Shown: piece by piece, positions 18,623 through 28,873 of the stretch | Layout of the letters: each line of letters begins with the position of its first letter | Position numbering within the stretch: the first letter of the stretch is position 1 | Assembly (NCBI GenBank): GCA_965248265.1 | Contig: CBDFJF010000002.1 | Coordinates: 1,664,001 to 1,728,000 of the forward strand | Source: Candidatus Latescibacterota bacterium | Lineage (GTDB): Bacteria > Latescibacterota > UBA2968 > UBA8231 | Length of the DNA: 64,000 nucleotides | Direction: 5' to 3' | Notes under the pieces: generated by a model | What the model was told of the DNA's origin: nothing | Seen by the model: only the letters and a program-made list of their open reading frames with translations | Databases searched by the model: none | Program-made: the position numbers and the translations under genes

Positions 18623-19087
18623 TCAGGACGAGGATTGGCTTTGCAGTAACTCGCCGATGCGCCGATTCGATGCGACCAGTTTCTGACGAAGACTCATCAT
18701 TACGTTGCGGTATAAACGAGTGGCTAACGAAGGGTCTTCCTGCATCAGTTTGAAGAAGGCGCGGCGGTTGATGCCCAGGACCGAGAGCGCTGTTTCGGCT
18801 ACGACCGTGGCCGATCGCGGCTCGCCCGTCAACATCCCAGCTTCGCCTACTGTGGTGATGGCCGATTCGCTCACAAGCGGCACATCGCGCTCAGTACGGA
18901 TTTCGACCGTTCCGGAAAGAAGAACAAACATCCGGTCGCTTTCAGCGCCGGCTCTGCAGAGGACGGTCCCCGGTTCATGGCTCTCTTGCTGGCAGATGCC
19001 GAGCAGTTGCTTTAGTTGACTCGGGGACAGGTCCGCGAATAGCGGCACCTTCTGCAAGGCCAGCAGCACAGCCGATTGCTTACCCAT
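18623..19087 (-). CDS. Stand-alone cyclic-nucleotide-binding domain protein
   Basis: LQKVPLFADL, MFVLLSGTVEI, VGEAGMLTGEPRSATVVAET; no HTH. Confidence 0.88.
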   Translation of the reverse strand: MGKQSAVLLALQKVPLFADLSPSQLKQLLGICQQESHEPGTVLCRAGAESDRMFVLLSGTVEIRTERDVPLVSESAITTVGEAGMLTGEPRSATVVAETALSVLGINRRAFFKLMQEDPSLATRLYRNVMMSLRQKLVASNRRIGELLQSQSSS

Positions 19088-19335
19088 TTTATCTACTCCA
19101 AAAAAATAGACCGAGGATTTTCATTGCCAGACGCTATGGATAGTGTCTCGTGATGATATTGATGCCGCTATACATTTCCAAGCGACATCCGGTCAGCTGC
19201 GGCTAAAAGTATAAACTATTCGCAAAAACGATAATGCGATGGTGACATTTCTTCCCGAATCGAGTGTTGCAGTATTATACGGATGCGTCCCGGACGGGCC
19301 GGGCGTATCTACTCATTACCCCAGGAGGTATCAAC

Positions 19336-19761
19336 GTGCGCAAATTATCTGTCCCTCTCGCCGTAGGCGCTGCCGTCCTTGCAGTTGCCTTCACAGGATG
19401 TGGTCAGGCCGGCATGTTTGCGGCCGCGAACCTGACTCAGGTCGAAATGTCTGAGCCCAACTTCAAAGTCGTGGCCACCGGTGTGTCCGGCGAGGCCGAG
19501 GCAGCGTATCTGATCGGCGTCAGTTTCTCCAATGGCCCACGGACCGGGTCGCTGTCGCTGCATCGCCTCAGTGGAACGGGCAAACTTTACAAGGAGGCGA
19601 TGGAGGACCTGTGGCAGGCATTCGAGGCGGAACACGGTGAGGTGGCGGGTCGGCGGTTAGCTCTTGCCAACGTGCGTTATGATGCTGCCACGCGAAACTT
19701 GCTGGTCTACAATGACGTCTCTTTGTCGATTCGGGCAGACGTGATCGAATTTACGGAGTGA
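19336..19761 (+). CDS. Lipoprotein, DUF6567-like
   Basis: RBS AGGAGG, GTG19336, lipobox FTGC, NLTQVEMSEPNFKVV...ALANV...ADVIEF. Confidence 0.7.
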   Translation: MRKLSVPLAVGAAVLAVAFTGCGQAGMFAAANLTQVEMSEPNFKVVATGVSGEAEAAYLIGVSFSNGPRTGSLSLHRLSGTGKLYKEAMEDLWQAFEAEHGEVAGRRLALANVRYDAATRNLLVYNDVSLSIRADVIEFTE

Positions 19762-19772
19762 GCACGGCCAAT

Positions 19773-20471
19773 CTACCGGTCAATCCACAGAGCCCGGTTG
19801 ACCAGGCGTTCGTCATGGAAGTGGGTTCGTTGAGTTCGACCAGCGACTGTGAATCCCCAGGATCGCACCTCGTCCTCAACTGATGCTACAGGCCGAGTGT
19901 CGTCCGTTTCCTCATTGTATGAACCGATTATCAAACGTCCACCGGGTGCGACCACGTCCGTGAGCAGGCGCTGGATGTAGTCCCGTTGCCGCGAAGGCGG
20001 AACATACTCGAGCCCTGTGCGCACGAAGTCGAACAGCATCGGAGGCCGCCAATAGAGGGCATTGCCCACGTGAATGCGATCCGCCCAGTGCGGGAGCCGG
20101 CGTCGCGCCAGGTCTGCCAGTTCCGGGGCAATGTCGAGACCGTAGGGGTCGATGTCGACGCTCTTCTCCCGTAGCCACTGCTGCATGCACTCCATCAGGT
20201 GGCCACTGGCGCATCCTACATCAAGGAATGAACCGTCCGTGGAGATGGCGTCACCGATCAAGCTGCGTGCGTGTTTCCAGTGCGCCTCATCACCGCTGTG
20301 CCCGGACTGAGACCGGGGATTGTCGGCGGCCAAATAGGCCGGAGTGATGACGGACTGGCCTGCGAGAAACCAGCCCGCCTCATCGATTTCGCCTGCTTCG
20401 AGTGCGGCATTGCTACGCGCCAGCAATTCGTGGCCCCGGTTTTTTGCGTACTCGATTGATTCCAGTGGCAT
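19773..20471 (-). CDS. Class I SAM-dependent methyltransferase
   Basis: Motif I FLDVGCASG, GLDIAPELADLAR, PGGRLII; RBS GGAGG before ATG20471. Confidence 0.88.
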   Translation of the reverse strand: MPLESIEYAKNRGHELLARSNAALEAGEIDEAGWFLAGQSVITPAYLAADNPRSQSGHSGDEAHWKHARSLIGDAISTDGSFLDVGCASGHLMECMQQWLREKSVDIDPYGLDIAPELADLARRRLPHWADRIHVGNALYWRPPMLFDFVRTGLEYVPPSRQRDYIQRLLTDVVAPGGRLIIGSYNEETDDTRPVASVEDEVRSWGFTVAGRTQRTHFHDERLVNRALWIDR

Positions 20472-20606
20472 CAATTCCTCCTGAGTGAAAGATGCGTTGG
20501 GAATGTAGCCAATGGCAAGCGCATCGCTCGACAATACGACGTCCAAGACATAGACTAACGGGACGGTGTTTTTCACGTTGGATCTTGCCCCGGGTTCGCT
20601 AACGTC

Positions 20607-22622
20607 ATGTCTCAATTCTATCTCGACGGTTTACCAACCGCGGGTCGTCCAGGTTTTCGCAGACTCCTGCTCTCCTTGTTGATTCCTTTCTCCGTGACCG
20701 TGACTGCCTTCGGACAGTCGGTTCCAGATCAGTATCTCGATGGAATCGTTCTCGATGAACCGCTGCCGTCGCAGTTTGTCACCGGCCAGACGTATTGGGT
20801 CAGGGGCAGCCTCGAGAATCAGGGGATTCCGGCCATGACGTTCGCCTTCGCTTCGGAACGAGGGGTCCTTGAGCACCGGATTGTCGTCGCCAATGGGCGT
20901 TTCGAGCACCCGCTGGTCTTCAAGCACGCTGATGCCGGCCAGCATGACTTCCGCATCACTTTCTTTCCCAGGGGACAGCAGTTCTTCACCTCGGAAATAT
21001 TCCGCGGGATCGAGATCGTCGAAGGGACAGGCGAGATTGATACGCCATCGGCCTATTACGACGGCTTCATGGACACTGCCTACTTCCGACCCAACGCGAT
21101 GCTCGTTGATGCTGTCGAGTATCCGCCCCTATTCGTCACGACTGGTGGAAGCGTGGAAAGCGTCCTGGTTCTGGTTCCGGACGGCCACGGTGGACGCCTG
21201 GAACGGGAGCTGTTGGACGACGGCATGGATGGGGATCTCCGGGCCGGAGACGGGATCTTCACGATGACGGGTGAGCCCCATCGTCCTCCGGACGTGGACA
21301 TAGGGCCGTTCGGCAGTATCACCCTTGTCGTCGTTTTTCAGGATGCAACAGGGACGGATTTTCAGTTTACTGCCGAATGCGGTCTGGTCGGCGGCGAATT
21401 ACCGATGGTCCAGAAACTGAGTGACGATGCCTATCGGACAGATCACGCGGTCAACCTCGTCGACGACGGAACCCTGTTCGTGTTGAGTCAGCCCTTTGTC
21501 GATCTTCGCGCGATCGCTACTCGTTTCTATGAATACTTCGACGACGACTACGATTTTCTCGCCGTCCGCTCGGCTCTCCCACTGAGCAACGGTGCGCACG
21601 GATTCAACCGCAGCGTTCGCAACGACGTCAGCGGCATCGGTGTCCCCCTGTTCGACGAAACCGCGGAATTCGGCAGCGACGGACGCCTGCAGAGCGCCAC
21701 CTTCATCAACTTTCGTCTGCTGGGGCCGTTGGTTCACGAGCTCGCTCACAACTGGGCAAACTTCCTCGTTCCCTTTGGTGGTCTGTTCTGGAATGGCCAC
21801 TGGGGGGTGTCCGATGTCCAGGGAGTACTGGGAGGCAACGCCACCTTCATCAGAGATCTGGGCAATGGGGAATACGCCGTCCCCAGCAACGCAGGATCAT
21901 CATCCTGGGGGGGCTTCTATTCGATGATCGAACTCTACCTGATGGGTCTGGTAGGGGCGGAGGAGGTGCCCCCACATCAGGTGCTGATCAATCCCAGCAT
22001 CGTTCGCTTCGACGACTTGCAGGGCCTTATCGTGGCCGCGGACCGACTGGATACCATCTCCATCGGAGAGGTCATCAACGCCCACGGCCAGCGGTCGCCC
22101 TCTCACGAGGATACGCCCAGGGAATACCGGATGGCGACGGTGGTTATTTCGGACCGTCCGCTCACACCCGTGGAACTGACCTACCACGACCGCCAGGCCG
22201 AGTGGTTCGGTTCGGACAACAACAGCATTCACGCCTTCGCCGCGGCAACGGGCTTTCGGGCGACCGTCGACACGCATCTGCCGCCGTCGATTACCGCTGT
22301 GCTCGACGATGGGTTCGCGACTGCAGCGGATGGGTTACCGGGAACGAGCCCCGAACTGGAGCAGAATTATCCCAATCCGTTCAACAGCAGCACCATATGG
22401 CGTTACAGGTTGAACTCGACAACCGTGGCGACGCTGGATATCTACGCGGCGAATGGACAACGGGTAAGGAGAATCCCTCAAGGTCGCAGGGCAGCCGGGT
22501 ACTACACAATCAACTGGGATGGGACCGACGACGACGGCCATTCGCTCGCGACCGGCGTCTACATAGCCCGCCTGGCAGCGGGTGATGTCGTGGTCAACCG
22601 GAAGCTGACACTGTTGCGCTAG
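20607..22622 (+). CDS. Secreted zinc metallopeptidase-like protein with a C-terminal FlgD-Ig/T9SS-type domain
   Basis: Signal peptide; HELAH followed by GHWG; LLDDGMDGDLRAGDGIFT repeat-type motif; QNYPNPFNSST...WDGTDDDG...KLTLLR. Confidence 0.8.
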   Translation: MSQFYLDGLPTAGRPGFRRLLLSLLIPFSVTVTAFGQSVPDQYLDGIVLDEPLPSQFVTGQTYWVRGSLENQGIPAMTFAFASERGVLEHRIVVANGRFEHPLVFKHADAGQHDFRITFFPRGQQFFTSEIFRGIEIVEGTGEIDTPSAYYDGFMDTAYFRPNAMLVDAVEYPPLFVTTGGSVESVLVLVPDGHGGRLERELLDDGMDGDLRAGDGIFTMTGEPHRPPDVDIGPFGSITLVVVFQDATGTDFQFTAECGLVGGELPMVQKLSDDAYRTDHAVNLVDDGTLFVLSQPFVDLRAIATRFYEYFDDDYDFLAVRSALPLSNGAHGFNRSVRNDVSGIGVPLFDETAEFGSDGRLQSATFINFRLLGPLVHELAHNWANFLVPFGGLFWNGHWGVSDVQGVLGGNATFIRDLGNGEYAVPSNAGSSSWGGFYSMIELYLMGLVGAEEVPPHQVLINPSIVRFDDLQGLIVAADRLDTISIGEVINAHGQRSPSHEDTPREYRMATVVISDRPLTPVELTYHDRQAEWFGSDNNSIHAFAAATGFRATVDTHLPPSITAVLDDGFATAADGLPGTSPELEQNYPNPFNSSTIWRYRLNSTTVATLDIYAANGQRVRRIPQGRRAAGYYTINWDGTDDDGHSLATGVYIARLAAGDVVVNRKLTLLR

Positions 22623-22702
22623 ATGCCAATCATCACTTGACGTCGTGCCACTGAGTTACCCGCTTCAAGCAAACGCCGGTGGAGACCCTCAAGCGCGTTC
22701 AA

Positions 22703-22891
22703 TCAGCCGTCGTATCGCTGGGGATGCTGGCGTAGTTCGCGCAGAAAATCGTCAACCATCTCCTCCAACCCAAAGGATGCTTTCCAGCCCCACTCTCCAA
22801 CTCCACGGCGCTGGATTTCTGAGCCGGTCCCGCCATCCAACAACAGGCACTCGTCCTTGTCAATGCGATCCATGACCTTGGTGGTGGGCAT
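22703..22891 (-). pseudogene. Chimeric scar: homocysteine S-methyltransferase N-terminus fused to an NAD-dependent epimerase-like C-terminus
   Basis: LLLDGGTGSEIQRRGV joined to EWGWKASFGLEEMVDDFL in a 62-aa ORF. Confidence 0.6.
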
Positions 22892-22895
22892 ATTG

Positions 22896-23978
22896 CTACT
22901 CCACTTCGGGCCCGATACGGATGGAGTGGGTCTTGATCAGGCAGTAGACGCGAACGCCGACCTCAAGTCCCAGCGCGGTAACCGCCTCCGGGGTCACCTT
23001 GGCTGCCAGCCGGCGTCCCACGTCCACGTAGACGAGCTCTTTCGAGGCCACGTCCGAGATCTCGAGCACGCGGCCCTCGAGGGTGTTGCGCGCGCTGATG
23101 CCTTCTACCCGCTCACGGGCGAGGATGATGTCGTCGGCCCGGATGCCGGCGAACAGTCGACTGCCGGCGGGACGGTCGCAGTACGGGATCTTGAGTTCCT
23201 GGCCCTCACTGCGAACTAGTGTGATTCCAGCCTCGGCATCGCACGACATTACTTCGACCGCCAACACGTTCTCGAAGCCTTCCCCGTCTTCAATCAACGG
23301 CAGGACTTCCGGTTCGTGGGCGATGCGGAAGAAATCGCCGTGGGCGACGGCCCGTCCTTGATCGAGGATGAGGACCTGGCCGGTCAGCTCGAGTATTTCG
23401 GCCACTGAATGGCTGACGTAGAGGATCGGAATCCCCAGGTCCGCGCGGATGTGGCGCAAGTATGGGATGATGCGGCTCTTCAGACCCTGGTCCAGTGACG
23501 CCAACGGCTCGTCCATCAGCAACAGGCGAGGCGACGCCAGCAGCGCTCTCCCCAAAGCAACGCGCTGGCGTTCACCGCCGGACAAATTGTGGGTCCGCCG
23601 TTCCAGGAGATTGCCGATTTCGAGAAGTTCGGCAATCAGATCAACTTCGAAGCGGCGTTCATTGGCGGGAATCAACGAATAGCCAAAGCGCAGATTGTCC
23701 ACGACCGAGAGATGGGGAAATAGCAGGTCGTCCTGGAAGACATAACCGATACGGCGCTGCTCAGGCGGCACGTCTATCTGTCGGTCCGAGGAAAACAGGA
23801 TATCGTCGTCCATGACGATCTGGCCTTCGTCCGGAGTCACGAGCCCGGCGACCATGTTCAGGATGGTGGTCTTGCCGGCGCCGGACGGACCGAAAATTGC
23901 CGTCGCCTCATAGGGACAGCGCACGTCCACATTCAGGATGAAGTCGTCGACTCGATGATTGATCCGCAGTTCGAGCAC
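22896..23978 (-). CDS. modC: Molybdate ABC transporter ATP-binding protein
   Basis: GPSGAGKTT, IGYVFQD, LSGGERQRVALGR, LLMDEP, TOBE domain ISARN...IKTHSI; GTG23978 with GGAGG RBS. Confidence 0.93.
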   Translation of the reverse strand: MLELRINHRVDDFILNVDVRCPYEATAIFGPSGAGKTTILNMVAGLVTPDEGQIVMDDDILFSSDRQIDVPPEQRRIGYVFQDDLLFPHLSVVDNLRFGYSLIPANERRFEVDLIAELLEIGNLLERRTHNLSGGERQRVALGRALLASPRLLLMDEPLASLDQGLKSRIIPYLRHIRADLGIPILYVSHSVAEILELTGQVLILDQGRAVAHGDFFRIAHEPEVLPLIEDGEGFENVLAVEVMSCDAEAGITLVRSEGQELKIPYCDRPAGSRLFAGIRADDIILARERVEGISARNTLEGRVLEISDVASKELVYVDVGRRLAAKVTPEAVTALGLEVGVRVYCLIKTHSIRIGPEVE

Positions 23979-23983
23979 GCTCG

Positions 23984-24661
23984 TCACCTCCTGCGGGCGC
24001 GGCGAGAAGCCCATTCGCTGGCTGCCAGCGCCAGCAGCGAGACGATGACGGACACGACCACTAACCGCAGCGCGGCAGCATCGCCGTCGGGTTGATTCAA
24101 GAAAGTGTAGATGGCCAGCGGAATGGTACGGGTCTGGCCTTCGATGTTCGACACGAAGATGATGGTGGCGCCGAACTCGCCCAGACTGCGGGCGAAGGTC
24201 AGCAGCGCGCCCGCGAGAACGCCCGGAGCAGCCAGTCGAAGGGTCACCATAAAGAAAGTCCGCACAGGGCCGCATCCAAGGGTACGGGCAACGCGCTCCA
24301 ATCGCGGATCGACGCTTTCTACTCCCAGCCTTACCGAGCGCAGCATCAGGGGAAAGCCGACGACGGCCGAGGCGAGGACGGCGCCCTTCCAATCAAACGC
24401 CAATCGCAAGCCGACCGATTCGAGAACCCCACCCAGCAGACCGTGCCGGCCGCATAGTACGAGTAACAGATATCCGGTTACGACTGGTGGCAGGACCAAC
24501 GGCAGATGACACAGACCATCGAGGACGATCTTGCCAGGAAAATCACGCCGTGCCAGCAGCCATCCCAGCAACACCCCTGGAGGCAGACTGCACAGAACAC
24601 AAAAAAAGGCCACGCGCAACGACAGCTCGATCACGGGCCAATGTTCAGCAGATGACATCAT
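23984..24661 (-). CDS. modB: Molybdate ABC transporter permease
   Basis: LPLVLPPVVTGY, FARSLGEFGAT, TRTIPLAIY; start refined to ATG24661. Confidence 0.95.
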   Translation of the reverse strand: MMSSAEHWPVIELSLRVAFFCVLCSLPPGVLLGWLLARRDFPGKIVLDGLCHLPLVLPPVVTGYLLLVLCGRHGLLGGVLESVGLRLAFDWKGAVLASAVVGFPLMLRSVRLGVESVDPRLERVARTLGCGPVRTFFMVTLRLAAPGVLAGALLTFARSLGEFGATIIFVSNIEGQTRTIPLAIYTFLNQPDGDAAALRLVVVSVIVSLLALAASEWASRRARRR

Positions 24662-25425
24662 CGTGGGGCCTGGGGTTGGGTCTGGCCGGCGGTGAGAAAG
24701 CGGTGGCGACGAAACACGGCGGCTGCCTTGACTGACTGGAAGTGTTTGAGCACGCGGCGGACGGTTTCGTTGTCCCGGTCGACGATGGCAGCAACCGGGT
24801 AGACGATCGGCTCGTGTGTGTGCGCGGGCAACGTCATCAGGACCTCGACCTTGGTGCTGATGGCGGCATCGGTGGTGTAGACGATTCCGGCCGCACACTC
24901 GCCGCGTTCGACATATACCAGAGCCGCGCGCGCATGGGGTGCGGGCGCGAGGCGATCGGCAAGTCCGGTGAGCCAATCCAGTTTTTCCAGAGACTGCCGG
25001 GCATATATGCCAACGGGTACGTGTGATGGATCACCCACAGCCAGGCGGCCAGTGAATGCGGCAGCAAAATCGAAACTCGGATCGCCTTCAGCTTCGAAGG
25101 TGTGATGCTCGGGTGCGATGACGACGAGACGGTTGGTCAGCAGGTCTGAACGGGTGTCCGTTGCGATCAGCCCTTTCTTGTGGAGGTAGTCCATCCATTG
25201 GGCACTGGCGCTGAAATAGATATCGGCAGGAGCGCCGGCGGCGATCTGCTTGGCCAGGGATGATGAACTGGCGAACGAAAGCCGCACATCGTTGTCCGGT
25301 AGGAGCTGCGTGACTTCCCGAAGCGCCGTGGTCAGGCTGGCGGCGGCGTACACCGTTTGAGTCCTGGCTGGAACAACCGCGATCAGGAGCAGGAGTGGCG
25401 CGACCCAGCGTGGAGCGCGTTGCAT
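24658..25425 (-). CDS. modA: Molybdate ABC transporter substrate-binding protein
   Basis: YAAASLT, FASSSSLAKQI...GAPADIYFSA, GDPSHVPVGIYA, GIVYTTDA. Confidence 0.95.
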   Translation of the reverse strand: MQRAPRWVAPLLLLIAVVPARTQTVYAAASLTTALREVTQLLPDNDVRLSFASSSSLAKQIAAGAPADIYFSASAQWMDYLHKKGLIATDTRSDLLTNRLVVIAPEHHTFEAEGDPSFDFAAAFTGRLAVGDPSHVPVGIYARQSLEKLDWLTGLADRLAPAPHARAALVYVERGECAAGIVYTTDAAISTKVEVLMTLPAHTHEPIVYPVAAIVDRDNETVRRVLKHFQSVKAAAVFRRHRFLTAGQTQPQAPR

Positions 25426-25639
25426 TGGGCCATTCCTTCGGAATTGGTGGGATCGGCATCCAAGCTTCAGACCTGCTCGCTGGACGCAGAATATAGGGTG
25501 AAATCGTGGCTTCCAGTGTATTCAATGTACAGACGAACGTATATTCTCAATCCGGAAATGCAATACCATAACAGAGGCTACTGACAAAGTCGCCATGGTC
25601 ACGGGAGCCAGCCGAGACCATCATCAGCGAGGGAGTTGA

Positions 25640-26626
25640 GTGAGCATGAAAAAGGTCGTCATCGTCGGCCCGGGTGGGCTCGGTGGACTGGTGGCAGCCC
25701 AATTGGGCCGCCGTACAGAATCCTGCGAGGTAACAGTTGTCACGCGCCCGGGAGCGCACGCCGAGGCCATTCGGCGAGAGGGCCTGCGTCTCAAAGGTCT
25801 GGATGAGTTCACGGTGCAACTGGATGTCGTCGACGATCCGGGACGGGTCGAGCATTGTGATGCCCTGATACTGGCGGTCAAGTCTCAAGACGCCGCAGCG
25901 GCGCTGGAACAGGTTGGCCATATCCAGGTCAATGACTTCGTCACCTCTCTACAGAACGGGACCATCAAAGATGACGTTCTGGCCGATGCCTTCGGCAGGG
26001 ACAAGACCATCGGTGTTGTCGCCATTCTGGCGGGTGAGCGCCCGCAGCCCGGCGTCATCAACTGGACCTACGACGGGGGCACGCAGTTCGGCGAGTTCGA
26101 CGGGACGCGCTCACAGCGTGTCGACTGGATCGTCGACTTGTTCAAGCAGTCCGGACTCACCGCCGAGGCGACGGAATCCATCGTCTCGGCCACCTGGTCG
26201 AAGATGGTGGGCTGGATCCCGATCGGCCTCTTCGCCACCCTGGCGCGGCGTAACAATGCACAGGTTTTGTCGGATCCGCTGCTGGCCAAGGAGTACACGG
26301 CCATCGTTCGTGAGTTGAGCGCACTCGCGCGCTCGCACGGTATAGCGTTGCAGACCATCGGGCCGTACCACGTCGACGAATGGACGCGGGGCAGCGCGCT
26401 GGAGGCTGTCGAGCGGGTGATGGCATCACCCCTGGCGGGAAGTCATTCCAGGCATTCCGCCTTTCAGGACGTGGAAAAGGGTTTGACGACCGAATTCAGC
26501 GCCAGCATCGGGCCATTGCTGGAGGATGCCAGGATCAGGGCAGTGCCATTGCCGAAGACCGAGGCGCTGTACGCGGCGTTGATGGGATTGGAAGAATCGC
26601 TCAAAGAGCAGGCAGAATCGTCCTGA
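25640..26626 (+). CDS. Ketopantoate reductase (PanE/ApbA) family oxidoreductase
   Basis: IVGPGGLGG, LAVKSQD, SLQNG, WSKM, SAFQDVEKG..TE. Confidence 0.85.
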   Translation: MSMKKVVIVGPGGLGGLVAAQLGRRTESCEVTVVTRPGAHAEAIRREGLRLKGLDEFTVQLDVVDDPGRVEHCDALILAVKSQDAAAALEQVGHIQVNDFVTSLQNGTIKDDVLADAFGRDKTIGVVAILAGERPQPGVINWTYDGGTQFGEFDGTRSQRVDWIVDLFKQSGLTAEATESIVSATWSKMVGWIPIGLFATLARRNNAQVLSDPLLAKEYTAIVRELSALARSHGIALQTIGPYHVDEWTRGSALEAVERVMASPLAGSHSRHSAFQDVEKGLTTEFSASIGPLLEDARIRAVPLPKTEALYAALMGLEESLKEQAESS

Positions 26627-26683
26627 CATGAGCCGCCTTACGGACAGGGTCTCTTTGTGACCAGTTGCAGGCACGACTGAAAG

Positions 26684-28870
26684 ATGTACTGGCAGCATAC
26701 CCCATACACCGTCCCACTGTTCCTGACCGGTGCTTTCTCCGCATTCCTGGCTCTGTACATGTGGCGGAGGCGACAGACACCGGAGACCATGTGGCTCGTC
26801 GACCTTTTCGCAGCCGTGGCCGCCTGGTCGCTGGGGTACGCCATGGAGATGGCCGCGGCCATGCGCGAAGCCAAGGAGTTCTGGGCGGCATTCCAGTACA
26901 TGGGTATCGTGGCCGTACCGGTTCTGTGGGTTGGCCTGGTCATCGAGTACACGGGACGCAGTCGCTGGTTGAGCAAGCCGACGATCGTAGCTCTCAGTGT
27001 TATTCCGCTGATAACCACCGTACTGGCATGGACCTACAGCTACCATGATCTGTTGCGTCGTGATGTACAGTTGGTACCCTGGGACACCTACAATGTCTTG
27101 ATCGTCGCGGAGTACGGACCGTGGTTCTGGATCCACGTAGCCTACTGCTACGTCCTGCTGGCGCTCGGCTCCATCCTTCTGTTGCCCGCGCTTTTTCGCT
27201 CACCTCACCTGTACCGTCGCCAGATCATTGTCATGCTCGCCGGGCTCGTGGCCCCGTGGTTGGCGAACGTGATATATCTGTTTGGGCTCAGTCCATTTCC
27301 CCATCTCGACCTGACTCCATTTTCATTCATCATTCTAGGCCTGGCTTGCGCACTCGGGCTCTTCCGCTACCAGTTGATCGACATCACCCCGATCGCTCGC
27401 CACCTCGTGGTCGAAGGGCTTCAAGACGGCGTCATTACTCTGGATCCACAGGATCGCATCGTCGACGTCAATCCGGTGGCACAGGTCCTCTTCGGTCGTT
27501 CGGCCGACCAGCTTATCGGCCGGCCGGCAGCCGACATCCTGGTCGGAATCAGCGGTCTTCAGTTTCCCCTGCGAGGCGATGACATGTCCGAGGAAGTCGT
27601 GTTCGAACGGGACGGAGAGTCATTGATCTACGAACTGAGGGTCACCGCCTTGCGAGATCGACAGCACGATCTGCCCGGACATGTCGTCGTCTGCCATGAC
27701 ATCACCGAGCGCAAACGGACAGACGCCGAAATCGTGCGCACTCAGCGACTGCGCGCTGCAGGAGAGCTCTCATTGGGTGTGAGCCACAACCTCAACAACA
27801 TCCTGACCGGCATTCTCGGGCCGGCGCAAAAGCTCAGAAAAGCCGCCGATGGGCAGGACACTGCGTCACAGCTCGACACCATCATTTCTTCAACATTACG
27901 GGCGCGGGATCTGATTCAACGACTGAGCCGCTCGGTCGAGGATGAGGAAGACGAACCGCGCCGCGTGGCCCTCGAAGGGGTCGTTGAAGAGGCCGTGGAG
28001 GCCGCACGCCCGCGTTGGCAGGATGAGCCACGTGCCAACGGCATTGAAATCGAGCTCGTCACCGATCTCGCCAGGGTGCCCCCCGTAGCAGCAGATCCCA
28101 CCGGACTTCACGACCTGATGTTGAATTTGATCTTCAACGCCGTTGACGCCATGCCAGACGGTGGTCAAATACGGATCGGCACGCGTTCTGCCAATGGCGC
28201 GGTGCGCCTTAGCGTCGCCGATAGCGGTACCGGCATGGACGAGACAACAAAGGCGCGCATCTTCGAGCCGTTCTTCACGACCAAAGCGGACGTGGGCACC
28301 GGACTAGGACTGTCCACGGCTTACGCGGCTGTCAATCGTTGGGGAGGGAGCGTCACGGCCGAGAGCACTCCCGGTAAGGGTACGACGTTCATCATCGAGC
28401 TGCCGGTGTGGAGCGGCCCTGATCCCGAGCCAGTTGTTGCACAGCCACAGCAATTCGGCAGGAAGCCCGGTTTACCGGCCAGGGTGCTCGTCGCTGAGGA
28501 TGAGGCCATCGTAAGGATGATGGTGATCGCAGACCTCACGGAACGGGGACACGAGGTGATTTCGGCAATCGATGGCTTGTCGGCGGTAGAGCAGTTCGGT
28601 TCGGGCCGCTTCGACGTCGCCATCATCGACATGGGTTTACCAGGTCTGCCTGGTGATGAGCTTGCCAGACGCTTGCGCAAACTCGATCCCTCGCTGGTCA
28701 CGGTGCTGATCTCAGGATGGAATCTGGGGGAAGGTGATTCTCGTCTGGAAGCGTTTGATTTTTACCTCCGCAAACCGTTCGGCCCGGACGAACTTGTGCG
28801 GGTCATCAACAGGGCGACGGACTTGCGGGGTACGAGGGATTCGGCACTGGACGACAGCAGCCCCGGTTGA
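26684..28870 (+). CDS. Hybrid sensor histidine kinase (HisKA_7TM, PAS, HisKA, HATPase, REC)
   Basis: Multi-TM N-terminus ending DLTP...LFRY; PAS; H-box SHNLNN; NAVDAM, DSGTGM, FEPFFTTK, GTGLGL; receiver AEDE...IDMGLP...KP. Confidence 0.93.
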   Translation: MYWQHTPYTVPLFLTGAFSAFLALYMWRRRQTPETMWLVDLFAAVAAWSLGYAMEMAAAMREAKEFWAAFQYMGIVAVPVLWVGLVIEYTGRSRWLSKPTIVALSVIPLITTVLAWTYSYHDLLRRDVQLVPWDTYNVLIVAEYGPWFWIHVAYCYVLLALGSILLLPALFRSPHLYRRQIIVMLAGLVAPWLANVIYLFGLSPFPHLDLTPFSFIILGLACALGLFRYQLIDITPIARHLVVEGLQDGVITLDPQDRIVDVNPVAQVLFGRSADQLIGRPAADILVGISGLQFPLRGDDMSEEVVFERDGESLIYELRVTALRDRQHDLPGHVVVCHDITERKRTDAEIVRTQRLRAAGELSLGVSHNLNNILTGILGPAQKLRKAADGQDTASQLDTIISSTLRARDLIQRLSRSVEDEEDEPRRVALEGVVEEAVEAARPRWQDEPRANGIEIELVTDLARVPPVAADPTGLHDLMLNLIFNAVDAMPDGGQIRIGTRSANGAVRLSVADSGTGMDETTKARIFEPFFTTKADVGTGLGLSTAYAAVNRWGGSVTAESTPGKGTTFIIELPVWSGPDPEPVVAQPQQFGRKPGLPARVLVAEDEAIVRMMVIADLTERGHEVISAIDGLSAVEQFGSGRFDVAIIDMGLPGLPGDELARRLRKLDPSLVTVLISGWNLGEGDSRLEAFDFYLRKPFGPDELVRVINRATDLRGTRDSALDDSSPG

Positions 28871-28873
28871 CGT

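Noticed and set aside
25426-25640. Moco riboswitch or ModE box upstream of modA
   Set aside because: I could not recognise the riboswitch conserved elements or a symmetric TATAT-N-TATAT ModE site; only a partial cgtatatt.
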